DNA of 64,000 nucleotides from an uncultured Flavobacteriaceae bacterium (GTDB lineage Bacteria; Bacteroidota; Bacteroidia; Flavobacteriales; Flavobacteriaceae): NCBI GenBank assembly GCA_947493175.1, contig CANLQD010000001.1, positions 776,748 to 840,747 of the forward strand, read 5' to 3'. Shown piece by piece: positions 9,001 to 17,198 of this stretch (position 1 is its first letter; each line of letters starts with the position of its first letter). The notes under the pieces were generated by a model. It saw only the letters and a program-made list of their open reading frames with translations, ran no database searches and was not told where the DNA came from. The position numbers and the translations under genes were made by a program.

Positions 9001-10684
9001 CAGTGACCGAAACGGCATAGCCATCACCATCAGCATCCAGATACCAATTTTCAGGGATGTTGACCTCGGCTAATACCGGGGTACGACTTGCGGCGCTACA
9101 TGTGGTAGTCGTATTGTACGTTTCAGCATAATAAGTAGTATTTACTGAAATACTAGGTGTCGTAAAAGCGGTTCCAGTGGCGAGCACACTTCCCCCGGAG
9201 GCAGTTGCATACCAGCGGATGGTATTACCGTTGGTTCCAGGTGAAGCACTAAGGGTAACACTGCCGGTACCGCATCGGGAACCACCACTGCCAGTGGCCA
9301 CGGTCAATACTGGTGAAATTTCGGCTACTATAGCGGTTCTAGCGGAAGCAAAACAACCTGTAGTGGAATTATAGCTTTCGGCATAATAGGTGGTAGTCGA
9401 TGTCAAACTTGGGGTAGTATAGGTCGTCCCTGTCGCCAATGAACTACCCCCAGTGGAGGAACTGTACCAACGAATGGTATTTCCATTGCTGCCGGGCGAG
9501 GCAGTCAAGGTTAAGGTTCCGGATTCACAACGCGCCTCGTTTTGACCCGTAGCGTTCCCGACCGTAGATAAGATAGTAGCCGTAATGGCCCTTCTTGAAC
9601 TGGCACTACATCCTGTACTGCTGTTATAGCTCTCTGCATAATAGGTCCTGGAAGACGATAAGGAAGGTGTTGTGTAGCTTGTGCCCGTCCTTAGCAGGGT
9701 GCCCCCGCTGGATGCAGAGTACCAGCGAATGGTATTCCCGTTACTTCCTGGAGATGCGGTCAGGGTCAACGTTCCCGGCCCGCATCGCTCGCGATTACTC
9801 CCCGAAGCGGTGCTTGGAGCGGGATTTACAAGAATTCTTATTTTGTTGCTATACTTATTCTGGCCTCCGCAAGAATTCACCCGTCGACGATACCATCGAG
9901 TGGAGGTTAGCACAGGTGGATTGTACGAAGTACCGGTAGCACCCGAGATGTTGGAATAGGAACCATTTTCAGAGGTGGCGATCTGCCATTGATAATTGTT
10001 AAAGCCGTTACCTACCGCAGATGCCGTATTCGTGATAGTGCCTGGGTCGCCTCCGGCACAAATGGTTTGTGCACCTGAAATGGAACCAGCAGTAAATTGT
10101 GTGATAGACGATACATTGACGGAGGAGGAAGACGTACTCCAAACTCCACCACTGCTTCTTGCCCTGAGATAGTAGCGCCCAGTTGCAGACACCGTATAAG
10201 TCGTTGATGAATTCGCCGTGCTGGTACCGTTGGAATTGGTTCCTTGCCAATACCAGGTAACTCCCGAAGGTGGGGATCCACGACTCAACCTTACCTCACC
10301 GCAATTATTGTTGGCGATTGTCGGTGTCGCAGGGGTAGAAGGTGCGGGAGGGCCGTCTTGACTGATGCTAAAGCCACTTACCGTGGTCCCGTTGACCCGA
10401 ATTTGAAAGCTGGCCGACCGGGAACTGGATGTCGCAGGGGCCGTTAAAGTATAAAAAGTACCACTTCCGGAGACGCTTACCCAGGTTTGGGATGTTACTA
10501 TAGATATACTACCCGAACAGCCTGAAGGTCTATTGATGGTAATATTACGGCTACCCCCTGTATAAGGAAAAGAAGAATTTCCGCTGACAGACATCCCAAA
10601 ACACTGGGAGCTCTGCGCTTTCATATCGAATGCGAAAGCGGTAGTCATCAGCACTAGACCATAAATAACAAAAGCTTTTTTCAT
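3080..10684 (-). CDS. Giant multidomain surface protein (~2534 aa): BACON-like, Ig-like repeats, MopE-like motif, three LRR+Ig modules, beta-sandwich domains, C-terminal YD/RHS-type segment
   Basis: ORF track 3080..10804. Start moved to ATG 10684 (MKKAFVIYGLVLMTTAFAFDMKA|Q), which gives a clean signal peptide and removes the overlap with the upstream gene. C-terminus FDDVRMHPIDSNVKSFVYNPVTQRLQAELDENNYATYYEYDTEGGLVRVKKETERG is YD-repeat-like. Confidence 0.85.
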   Translation of the reverse strand: MKKAFVIYGLVLMTTAFAFDMKAQSSQCFGMSVSGNSSFPYTGGSRNITINRPSGCSGSISIVTSQTWVSVSGSGTFYTLTAPATSSSRSASFQIRVNGTTVSGFSISQDGPPAPSTPATPTIANNNCGEVRLSRGSPPSGVTWYWQGTNSNGTSTANSSTTYTVSATGRYYLRARSSGGVWSTSSSSVNVSSITQFTAGSISGAQTICAGGDPGTITNTASAVGNGFNNYQWQIATSENGSYSNISGATGTSYNPPVLTSTRWYRRRVNSCGGQNKYSNKIRILVNPAPSTASGSNRERCGPGTLTLTASPGSNGNTIRWYSASSGGTLLRTGTSYTTPSLSSSRTYYAESYNSSTGCSASSRRAITATILSTVGNATGQNEARCESGTLTLTASPGSNGNTIRWYSSSTGGSSLATGTTYTTPSLTSTTTYYAESYNSTTGCFASARTAIVAEISPVLTVATGSGGSRCGTGSVTLSASPGTNGNTIRWYATASGGSVLATGTAFTTPSISVNTTYYAETYNTTTTCSAASRTPVLAEVNIPENWYLDADGDGYAVSVTANCGSPGAGYTNTVLPVDDCNDDPAADGQLYNPDTIWYADENEDGFADSGAETRQQCEKPSGNWTLNSELAPCGVSDTIRQALVDFYNATGGTTWVNSTNWNTEVPVCDWFGVTVVDGELVNIQLPNNNVIGTLPESIGNLIDLNLLDLSNNGIQGGLPPSLGSLLDLDVLLLPNNGLTGELPPALGSLSNLTRMDLSNNNLESQIPISFCNLTNVTDLNLSNNGLFGSIPTQFELMASLVRLDLSNNQLTGRLPSQLTRLGNLREIAVQNNQLSGSIPFSGTNSGLTLFTFQNNRFIFSDFESRHNGYTGTLATYEYTPQANTDTESTVSVTLGNDITLSTDLNSSNNSYVWYKASSPDEVIPDAVGNELLIEDATAEDAGTYYFIASNSTVQGLELTRNSITLNVITTCDVNQSERQALITLYNATGGANWNNTTASNQIWGITNTNSLVCDWYGVTVVDNSVTEIVLPNNNINGNLPDVFAAFPSLERVDFSGNDLSGFISGRFTGILSLNQLALENNKYIFTDLESDFTTLFGQLGANFTFSPQANVDEAEQQTAEAGETITLSSTVLNSSNNQYQWFKDGLPLDGETNKDLILSNVTTTDNGGYHFSATNSVVTGLDLEREMIMLEVSAGNDACGVSDLERNALIALYNALDGPNWTVNTNWNTSAPVCDWYGVVTDVDANVTGLALANNGLRGEIPNSLSQLGSLTSIDLQQNSIIGQIPDNIGALANLQYLLLNDNILVGAIPLSVGNLSALSEFDIANNRIAGALPDTMGGMQQLQYFDANDNKLVQSIPTSLYSIPGLIRFNVSNNQMNGSISSAIGNLSQLEEFWLANNDFGGELPETISTIPALRSVRLNNNAFRGDIPLLIPDFNVANTEVAIEYNNFVFSNFEAEYPAYLNGLDIFTYDPQALVDRQETIRVLENDDVTLGTEDLSSPNNTYVWYKDGVEIPGETGSSLTITDFDPVADTGEYWFVASNTVIDVLQLTRRKINLLERVLLPLDALSLVATCSDNPTNLRNWEVNNPNGQNVPINWQVVGTSQSGTLMAAPGITRFTTNTEVGDNTVQIAWQDTDGTDQTTETISTTETCTPATECTDLLSSIADGSFETAVGASTQARNATFEVSGWSVAQGDPDTFATPFVNSGDPYLFNSFMASPDGGNCFGALRVGNTAEAITTTVNGLVPGTTYVVQFYQANATNLLDTRIVDQAFGSWEVQASGEQLESNPMTASTRNVRWQRALLEFTASAGSTTLRFAPQATANDPSNSYPVYMLLDGVRVYEKPTDPFTTACYGIETQVFCNNAEDNPPIVGDLAPPQGSSTFWYADPVGGIPYSTSDILYDLEPILWADSGSGSRIAVEVIFDLGAPEALEYQTFDLNENPTLADVTVTGINITWHSSFFDSVELPLNTSLTDEQVYYAAQDGNFCRVPVLVNIEIPVPIGSTFQEFCSSAEPTVDNLAMQPTNPAYTIDWYDSSEGGSPLNGADLLVNGATYYAVQTNGSDFSENRLPVRVSVIDEEANAKIYEWDVLFPDGSTVSDITTYYRLDESTVWYNQAFGGSPYFETTNLSAGNTYYARIDEGLCAGLRVLAITVELDDITEPDLVTCIKFVPQPGREYVVSGWVREEALTAQPAGTIEFNLDDSAKEAVLALFNSLTNTIVGEVLEIPSQFVVKDLFPELDMSAVLPYLKDFAGNNVTVYDFRFEKENIDGLERSIGYSFALDPSGTNRMEYRTPQVVLSFGSIFGIPLDFGLGYNYPILNYENLEIEHHSVSIIPGDRLRVNSSFLLDLPEDSVLKGTYANYDTDGAANSGIEGTTEIFDYIENPDYSVINYDNTSIQLEYKDIDGNPINLADTERVLEPKGAVIDGWQRISNVFRIPAQAAYMRMNLITDLDGTNAYFDDVRMHPIDSNVKSFVYNPVTQRLQAELDENNYATYYEYDTEGGLVRVKKETERGIYTIQETRSGNSKLNGSR
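6000..8790 (-). repeat. Three modules of Cys-capped 24-residue LRRs, each followed by an Ig domain (8, 3 and 9 LRRs)
   Basis: Each module starts C.V....R.AL..LYNA.GG..W...W....VCDW(F/Y)GV, continues with L.L.NN.L.G.IP..LG.L..L repeats, ends N.(F/Y).F(S/T).(F/L)E, then PQA..D + Ig domain (Y.W(Y/F)K...D.G.Y.F.A.N). Confidence 0.85.
9060..9825 (-). repeat. Three tandem 85-aa (255-bp) Ig-like repeats
   Basis: The TIRWY motif recurs at exactly 255-bp spacing (acca at 9211, 9466, 9721). Unit: C.SGTLTLTASPGSNGNTIRWYS...GG..L.TGT.YTTPS.....TYYAESYN..TGC.A..R.AI.A.I. Confidence 0.9.
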
Positions 10685-10715
10685 GTTGTTTGTTTTGATC
10701 GTCGCAATGCGTTTC

Positions 10716-13700
10716 TTAACGTTCGTACTGTGGCACGTAATCTGCATAATCAATGTATTTGATATTTTCTTCTTTAACGAGACCGTCGCAATTATGATCA
10801 TCAACCTTTACATCTATTTGTATAGCAGTATACGGCCCGGAGAAAGGTGAAAGCGGTGTGCCGGTACGTTTGTCAAGTAATTGAAAAAGGGCCGCAACCT
10901 CATAGCGCCATTTACCGGCCCTTCTTCTTTTATTTTCTCCACCGATAACAAAATCTACGCGAGCGATTCCACTTTCATCTAGCTCAATGATTCCTTCAGA
11001 AGGTAGCGTTGTCTGTCTTGAAACGGCAAGTTCCTTGTTGACCAGTGCAACCCAGTTCCTGACTTCTTCTTCTCCTCTCTCCCTAACCTTGGTCACCCTG
11101 TAAGGGACTTTGGCATGAGGCTTGCCCACAATTACAAATTTTGACTGAACGGCTTGACAATAAGCATACCCGCTTCCGTTGTCTTCTCGAAAATCAAATC
11201 CCGATTTATCGTTGTCGGTTATTTGGGCTTCGATAATTTTAGGCCGGGCCTCGTCATCACATTCATCTCCCACCAAGTCCTCATCATAATCGAACTGAGA
11301 GGGATTGTAGGTAAAGCGACAATTGTCCTGCGCATCCGGCACCCCATCATTATCAAAATCGGTATCTGTGGGAGGTTGCCCCAACAACTGCCGCTCTAGA
11401 TATACTTCATCACCTTTGCGCAAAACCAGGCTGTTACGCCCTGTATGGGAACGTGCATCCGAGATAAAGGCGTTGTCCCCTTGGTTACCATCCAAGGTTT
11501 CTTGAAAATTGAAGTGGCCGTTCAAGGTGTTTACGACACTATAGTCATAGTCCTCAAAATTATCTACTCCCATGTCTTGGTACTTGCTATTGGAAGCAAC
11601 GGCGGTCGGCAGGGTATAGGCATATCCGTACTGTGCCGATGAATAACGGTTCAATGCATCACGATTCTCTAATTCGGCCCCAAACGGACTGTATTGTACT
11701 ACTTCGCTCGCAAAGGTCCATTTTTGTTCGTCCTGGATTTGTTGGTCGGTAACCGTTCGTTCCCAATTGGTACCATTCAGGTTGTAAAAAGGTTCAAATT
11801 CTTTAAAATACCCCTCTTTTCTGGTGTTGACCCTGTCTGAACTTGTATTGGAAACTTCGGTACGTTCCGTCAAATAGGCAAATGACCTTTTGGCACGCCA
11901 TTCTCCCTTTACATTATATAAATAGGGATTGAACCCAAGGCTTTCAACGGGAATTGCCGCCAAATCTTCCGAGGAACTGACACTCTTTGGAAGCACACTA
12001 AAAGGGCCTTCGCATTGGCAATTCCACAAATCATCATACTCCACTGCGCTGGCATTGACAATTCTAAGGTTATCGGCTTCCGCAGTAGCCGTCTGCTGTA
12101 AAAAAGTAGTGTTTATAATAGGAACATAATTTCCGGCAGCATCCTTGATCGGGTTTTTCATAAGGGTAATCGAAGCCATATTGGCCATTTGTTGGTTGCG
12201 ATAGCCTGAACGTACCACCTTAAAGTTGACCTTGCCTTCGATATTCAGGTTACGGCCATAGGTCGCAACGCGATCCATCAATTGCACATTGCTTCCGCTA
12301 AAGCCGATAATCCATAGTCTACGGGATACTTCAGGACCTGTAACCAGCAGTTCGTCTCCGGGGTACAAATATTCCCGAGCATCTATCCCTGCCCAAGTAT
12401 ACGCGTCCCCATTTGGTTCCAACGTACCACGTATACCAATATTCTTAGAGGCCTGCCCCATACCTTGGTAGCCCCAATAGGAGGGAAAATTGAAATTGTA
12501 ATACTCGTCGTTATATTCGTTTACCGTACGGGTCAATAGCACCTGGCCTGTTTCTGCGTCCCAAGCTTCGTTGATTGTCGATACCTGTGACCCTAAATCC
12601 TGGGCAATCTTTTCCTTTAACTGTGCAGTCGTATGTATCACTTTTGTTGTAATGGTAGAATGTGCTACGTTCTCTATTTTGGAAAGAGACGGAAATGCGG
12701 TCGGTACGGGTATGAATAAAGGACCAATCGGGAGGACAACAAGATTTCCTTTAAAGCCCTTGGTCTCCGACCTAGAGTAACTTTCCCGAAAATCGGTAAC
12801 CACATCATAATCTACTCCTATGGTAGCATCGGTAGTTACCTCTCCATTTCTATTGATGGTGGGGAGCTTGTTATTTAAAACACCCGCTCTACCGTCTTCT
12901 ACACTATAGTTGTAAGCTACCGAAGAAACCAATAATTTCTCATCGGATACCTCTTGATCGGTTTCGGAAGGTTCCCTAAAAACCTTTTGAGAACGCATTT
13001 TACCATTCATATCATTGGTATGAACAACAAAACCTTGCGAAAGCGTGTACTCTTTTTTCACATTGATAGGAGCTCCCAATAACCCTTTTACAATATTTCC
13101 CAAAAAATCACTTTCGTTAGTCGCGAAATTTCCGGGGCTATCGATATCGGTATAATCTACCTTGGTCGGAAAGTCCTTTGAGGTATAGTGTTCGGTGACG
13201 ACACTCCCAGTGGCATGTTTTTGAACAACACCTTCGTCATAACTGCGTTCCAAATTTTTGACGGTAACCCTACTGTAGGTTACTGCCGCCGATGGAAAAA
13301 ACTGTTCTCCAAAGGGTTTCTCAATATAACTGATCTCTTTTGGGGCTACCAGTTGATCCCCTTTGTCATCATCATAAAACGGCTCTACAAAAGGGTTTTC
13401 CTTGCTCATGTTGGGTTCGTAGGTAGCAACACCACTGGATGAACCGTCTGCCAAGGTGTAGTCATAGGTTTGACCGTACTCCTGACGATAACGATCATTA
13501 CCTACGGGAGCATTGACCATTTCGTCCCAACGGTCTTGCATTACCAACTTTTTTACCCTTATGCCACCTCCTAGTTTGTAGGGCTTTGGGGTTGTTAAAC
13601 GAATCCATGATTTGTTCGCCACGAATCGTTGTCCACAGAGATATTCAAAGCTTCGCAGCTTTGCGTTGGGTCCCGTAAAAATCTCTTTGATCGCCCCAAA

Positions 13701-16700
13701 AGAACTTATGATATTTTGTGCTATATCTTCTATGTTCTGAGTTTTGGCATCGGGATTTAAACCGTATACATAACCGTTAAGATGTTTACGTCCAAAATAC
13801 CAAGACGCCAAAGAAATAGGGTTCACTTTTGGTTTGGCGGCTCCAAACAACACCCCTTCCATATCCCAAAACTTCATAGGAATCGCAGCATAATAAACCC
13901 CATTATTGTTTGGCTCAAATACCCTGATTTCCCTTCCTTCGACCGTGTTTTCCTCTATTTCAAAATATCCGGTAACGTAATCATAATCCTTACTGTCCAA
14001 AGAGGCCAACCCTTTGTTGGTCATATTCATCAAAAACCGGAAATATATGGGCTTGTTTAGCTGGCCCTTTAAATACTTCGAAACGAACTGTTCCCGAGAC
14101 AAAGCAGCCTGCTCATAGGGCAGTTTCACGTAGAGGTATCGTTTGTCAGTGGAACTGTCACCACTTAAGGGAAGTGCTCCATCCCGCTCGTACAACTCTT
14201 GGTTCCCTTCTGGATCGTTTGAGGTATTGTTATACCCTACGCCCACTACTTGAAACATTTGCATGCTGGGCCTATCTTGTACATATTGGTAATCATCACT
14301 TTCATAGGTGAGTTCTATACGACCTCCTGAAGGTAAATCAATGGCGGAAAGCGACCATGCTGAAGCATATTGGTCCTGTAACCCTCGGTCTTCTTGTTGT
14401 ACAAAAGGAAACTCCGGGGCAGTCAAAGGCGCCTGGGTTCCACATGATCCATCACCGTTCGGCTTGTAATTCCCCCATATATCGTAGGCCTTTATACCGT
14501 AGGCCGGGTTTATATTGTCATAGTTAAATTTATAGGGAGTAAACTTCCCCATTTTTGAACCTCTATAGGTGAAATAAACCTTTTTGAGCGTTAATTTTCC
14601 CGTATTTTCAGCAGCACCAAAATTCAGATGGTTGGGCACACCGGCGCACAAAGAATAATCGTACACAAAGTGAGCTGTTTTAATGGCTGTAATCGGTTTG
14701 TCATTCGATGGTTCGTCGTCAAGGATGTTGGCGGCAAGCGCTTCTGGTTTTGAATATAGGCGAACACTATCCAGCTGATATAGTTCCTGGCCCAGGGTGC
14801 TTCCGGGCAGACCTCCTTGCCGCCCAACAGTTCCCAAAGCATCCTTTCGAGGGCTTAAATGGAATAACGCCACATGTGTTTTGGTCACAATCTTGTCGAT
14901 ATACTTGATTTCCTTGGTCCCAAAAATGTAGTTGCCCTTTTGATCTTTTGGGTGTGTGTTGAGACCGGCATCGTATGAGGCTTTGTTCGCACCATAAGGT
15001 ACTCTCCAATTATACAGGAGTTTTTCCTCGGTTTGTTCATTACCATCAACTTTTTGAAGTTTGTTGTACAACTCGGTTTGGTTGTTGTATTCAAAAAGGG
15101 TGTAAGCTCCCAAATCATCATCGGTGGGCCCATCGCCCTTCAAATCTTCATAATCGGATGAAAGTACAGAAGACAACAAATAGGTATGTGCGTAGGCGGG
15201 GGTTTTGGTGTTGCTATAAAAATGGTCGATTCCCGATTTATTATTTCTTGAATCCTCATTTGCGTTATAGCTTACGATGCCGGTGGCACAATTGCCCGCT
15301 CCTTGGGTAGCAAAAGTAACCTCTTGCTTATCCATATTGTAAGCAGTCTCACCAAAAACATAGGTAGCACCATCGCCCTTTAACACCCGTATCTCGGCAG
15401 TGTGATGTTCTTGGGCTTCCTTGTTGATGCGTTTGGTGTCGGGATATAGGCTCCTAAGCTCACTTGCTGTGAACTTTTGGACCGTCTGGTTGCGGACTTC
15501 CCTGTTTCTTCTCTTGAACTTCCCGGTGATTTTCGGCAGGGCCAAATCGGCGCGATCGGAATCTACATCATCTATCTCCGGATAGGTTGGGATACCATCA
15601 ATGTAGCGCTTTACTCTAAATTGGTTTTGCGCTGGCTTATCGAATATCTCTTTCAGCTTTTCCCCGGATACATCTTCAGGTCCAATTTCCAGGGCAACGG
15701 GATCGTATCCCCCTAGCGAATTGAACAGCCCTTCATCGTCATCGACCCTTGGCTCCCCTATGTACTTGAAATAAACGGGTTCATAGTCGACGCTCTCGGC
15801 ATCGGAACCCTCCAAATCGGGAACATCTTCCCGTTCTTGTCTAAAATATTTTAAGGCCTCGGTATCCCAGATGCCTGTTTTACTGTAAGAGGGAGCAGCG
15901 GTGAAATTAACTCCGGCATGCACCGAAGTAGTGGCCTCTACCTCGACTCCTAATTCGAAACTCGTACTTTCATCCTCGACCAGCTCATCATTGATGTGAC
16001 CTACTTGACTTCTGAAAGGGCGAAACATCCCGGCAACCCCTTGTCCGTTTACGGCATACAGGTCATAAGTATAATTAGTGGTAGGTAAAACCAAGGTGTT
16101 TTTACTGATCAGCCCGTCTTTCTCCCTGTTATAATCAAGTACGTCGTCAGATGTTGCATACCCTGTAAATTCGTAGCCATAGGCCGCTTCTTCCTTCAAG
16201 GGGTCTTTTAGTTTTTGTACCGCCCCTGTAGCGGCTATTTCAACTTCCCCGTCCAATCCCCAAATGGAGGTTCCTACAGAAACTGCAGCAGTTCCGGTAA
16301 TATCGGTAAATGCCGTTCTCTTTCGCGGGGTTATGGTGGTATTTTGAAAAGAAACAGAGCCAAAACCACCTAAACCGTAGTCTCTTGTAACACTATTGGG
16401 ATTATTATCTTTGTCTTTTCGTTCTCCAATATCAAAAGCCCTAGTAAGTGAGGCTCCAAGACTAAAATTTGATAACCCCCGATTGGAATTATAGGAAAGA
16501 CCCGCGTTCAAAGTGCCGTTCACCGCCCCATCGAACAGCTCGCCCATGCCCAACTTGGCATTGACATTGGGAGAAATAGAGACGCCTTCCGTAGCGGAGG
16601 TTTGAGCATTCATCCCCACAGAAACATTCTCGGAAAGGTTAAACGCAAGACCGTATGAAGGCTTGAATGAAAAACCGGTGTAATTGTTGTACTGTAGGTT

Positions 16701-17186
16701 AACTCCGATTGAAGCGGTACCGTTGTCCTTAAGAACATCTTTTGTTTCGGCTCCAAAAACCTGTAAATCCAAATTCGCTTCTACCCCCACGGTCACATTG
16801 TCCCTAAGATTATTCTCGTAGACCATTTTATCCCCTTTGAAATCATCAGGAATACCACGCACCTGACGGTTGATCTGCCCTACGTTCAAATTCCAACCGA
16901 GACCTACCCAAGAGGCCTCCTGATCCATAGTGATGCCAGAGTCATATGCAAGGTTCAAAGGGTATCCGCCAACATCCATGACTGGGATGTTGTAATTGAA
17001 GTTCCCAGAGGCAAGGTCTACCATATCAGAAGTGCCGATGGGCGTAAAGGAGTTGAACTCGGGTTGTGAGGGACCACTGGTCAAAGCCCATAAGTTCGAG
17101 GGCTGGGTCATTTGTACAATCAACTGCATGGCCAGATAACTGGCAACAATCTTTGAAAATCTACTCGTTCTAATTCTTTGTATCAT
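10716..17186 (-). CDS. Giant secreted protein (2156 aa) with SpvB/TcB-like N-terminus, YD-like segments and a TSP3-type Ca-binding repeat
   Basis: Signal-like N-terminus ending NLWA|LTSGPSQPE. Motif GYPLNLAYDSGITMDQEASWVGLGWNLNVGQINRQVRGIPDD resembles the start of Bacteroidota YD/RHS shell proteins. Also LPSGGRIELTYESDDY, GGGIRVKKLVMQD, QYSPFGAELENRDALNRYSSAQYGY, and DFDNDGVPDAQDNCRFTYNPSQFDYDEDLVGDECDD near the C-terminus. Confidence 0.8.
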   Translation of the reverse strand: MIQRIRTSRFSKIVASYLAMQLIVQMTQPSNLWALTSGPSQPEFNSFTPIGTSDMVDLASGNFNYNIPVMDVGGYPLNLAYDSGITMDQEASWVGLGWNLNVGQINRQVRGIPDDFKGDKMVYENNLRDNVTVGVEANLDLQVFGAETKDVLKDNGTASIGVNLQYNNYTGFSFKPSYGLAFNLSENVSVGMNAQTSATEGVSISPNVNAKLGMGELFDGAVNGTLNAGLSYNSNRGLSNFSLGASLTRAFDIGERKDKDNNPNSVTRDYGLGGFGSVSFQNTTITPRKRTAFTDITGTAAVSVGTSIWGLDGEVEIAATGAVQKLKDPLKEEAAYGYEFTGYATSDDVLDYNREKDGLISKNTLVLPTTNYTYDLYAVNGQGVAGMFRPFRSQVGHINDELVEDESTSFELGVEVEATTSVHAGVNFTAAPSYSKTGIWDTEALKYFRQEREDVPDLEGSDAESVDYEPVYFKYIGEPRVDDDEGLFNSLGGYDPVALEIGPEDVSGEKLKEIFDKPAQNQFRVKRYIDGIPTYPEIDDVDSDRADLALPKITGKFKRRNREVRNQTVQKFTASELRSLYPDTKRINKEAQEHHTAEIRVLKGDGATYVFGETAYNMDKQEVTFATQGAGNCATGIVSYNANEDSRNNKSGIDHFYSNTKTPAYAHTYLLSSVLSSDYEDLKGDGPTDDDLGAYTLFEYNNQTELYNKLQKVDGNEQTEEKLLYNWRVPYGANKASYDAGLNTHPKDQKGNYIFGTKEIKYIDKIVTKTHVALFHLSPRKDALGTVGRQGGLPGSTLGQELYQLDSVRLYSKPEALAANILDDEPSNDKPITAIKTAHFVYDYSLCAGVPNHLNFGAAENTGKLTLKKVYFTYRGSKMGKFTPYKFNYDNINPAYGIKAYDIWGNYKPNGDGSCGTQAPLTAPEFPFVQQEDRGLQDQYASAWSLSAIDLPSGGRIELTYESDDYQYVQDRPSMQMFQVVGVGYNNTSNDPEGNQELYERDGALPLSGDSSTDKRYLYVKLPYEQAALSREQFVSKYLKGQLNKPIYFRFLMNMTNKGLASLDSKDYDYVTGYFEIEENTVEGREIRVFEPNNNGVYYAAIPMKFWDMEGVLFGAAKPKVNPISLASWYFGRKHLNGYVYGLNPDAKTQNIEDIAQNIISSFGAIKEIFTGPNAKLRSFEYLCGQRFVANKSWIRLTTPKPYKLGGGIRVKKLVMQDRWDEMVNAPVGNDRYRQEYGQTYDYTLADGSSSGVATYEPNMSKENPFVEPFYDDDKGDQLVAPKEISYIEKPFGEQFFPSAAVTYSRVTVKNLERSYDEGVVQKHATGSVVTEHYTSKDFPTKVDYTDIDSPGNFATNESDFLGNIVKGLLGAPINVKKEYTLSQGFVVHTNDMNGKMRSQKVFREPSETDQEVSDEKLLVSSVAYNYSVEDGRAGVLNNKLPTINRNGEVTTDATIGVDYDVVTDFRESYSRSETKGFKGNLVVLPIGPLFIPVPTAFPSLSKIENVAHSTITTKVIHTTAQLKEKIAQDLGSQVSTINEAWDAETGQVLLTRTVNEYNDEYYNFNFPSYWGYQGMGQASKNIGIRGTLEPNGDAYTWAGIDAREYLYPGDELLVTGPEVSRRLWIIGFSGSNVQLMDRVATYGRNLNIEGKVNFKVVRSGYRNQQMANMASITLMKNPIKDAAGNYVPIINTTFLQQTATAEADNLRIVNASAVEYDDLWNCQCEGPFSVLPKSVSSSEDLAAIPVESLGFNPYLYNVKGEWRAKRSFAYLTERTEVSNTSSDRVNTRKEGYFKEFEPFYNLNGTNWERTVTDQQIQDEQKWTFASEVVQYSPFGAELENRDALNRYSSAQYGYAYTLPTAVASNSKYQDMGVDNFEDYDYSVVNTLNGHFNFQETLDGNQGDNAFISDARSHTGRNSLVLRKGDEVYLERQLLGQPPTDTDFDNDGVPDAQDNCRFTYNPSQFDYDEDLVGDECDDEARPKIIEAQITDNDKSGFDFREDNGSGYAYCQAVQSKFVIVGKPHAKVPYRVTKVRERGEEEVRNWVALVNKELAVSRQTTLPSEGIIELDESGIARVDFVIGGENKRRRAGKWRYEVAALFQLLDKRTGTPLSPFSGPYTAIQIDVKVDDHNCDGLVKEENIKYIDYADYVPQYER

Positions 17187-17198
17187 TCTGTACCTATC

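Noticed and set aside
9060-9825. CRISPR-like or other non-coding repeat array
   Set aside because: The periodicity is an in-frame protein repeat with synonymous divergence; no short identical repeats with spacers anywhere in the window.
10685-10804. 40-aa N-terminal extension of the 2574-aa ORF
   Set aside because: Overlaps the end of the upstream gene; ATG 10684 gives a proper signal peptide. Similar over-long starts were trimmed for 29503, 38367, 40173, 39980 and 49717.
66-17000. Many plus-strand ORFs of 60-270 aa (e.g. 753..1568, 1581..1988, 5688..6170)
   Set aside because: Antisense shadows of the giant minus-strand genes; no recognisable motifs or signal peptides.
3080-17186. T9SS C-terminal sorting domains on the giant proteins
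   Set aside because: No YPNP...K(L/I).K type A or gliding-motility type B tail; ends are GNSKLNGSR and DYVPQYER.
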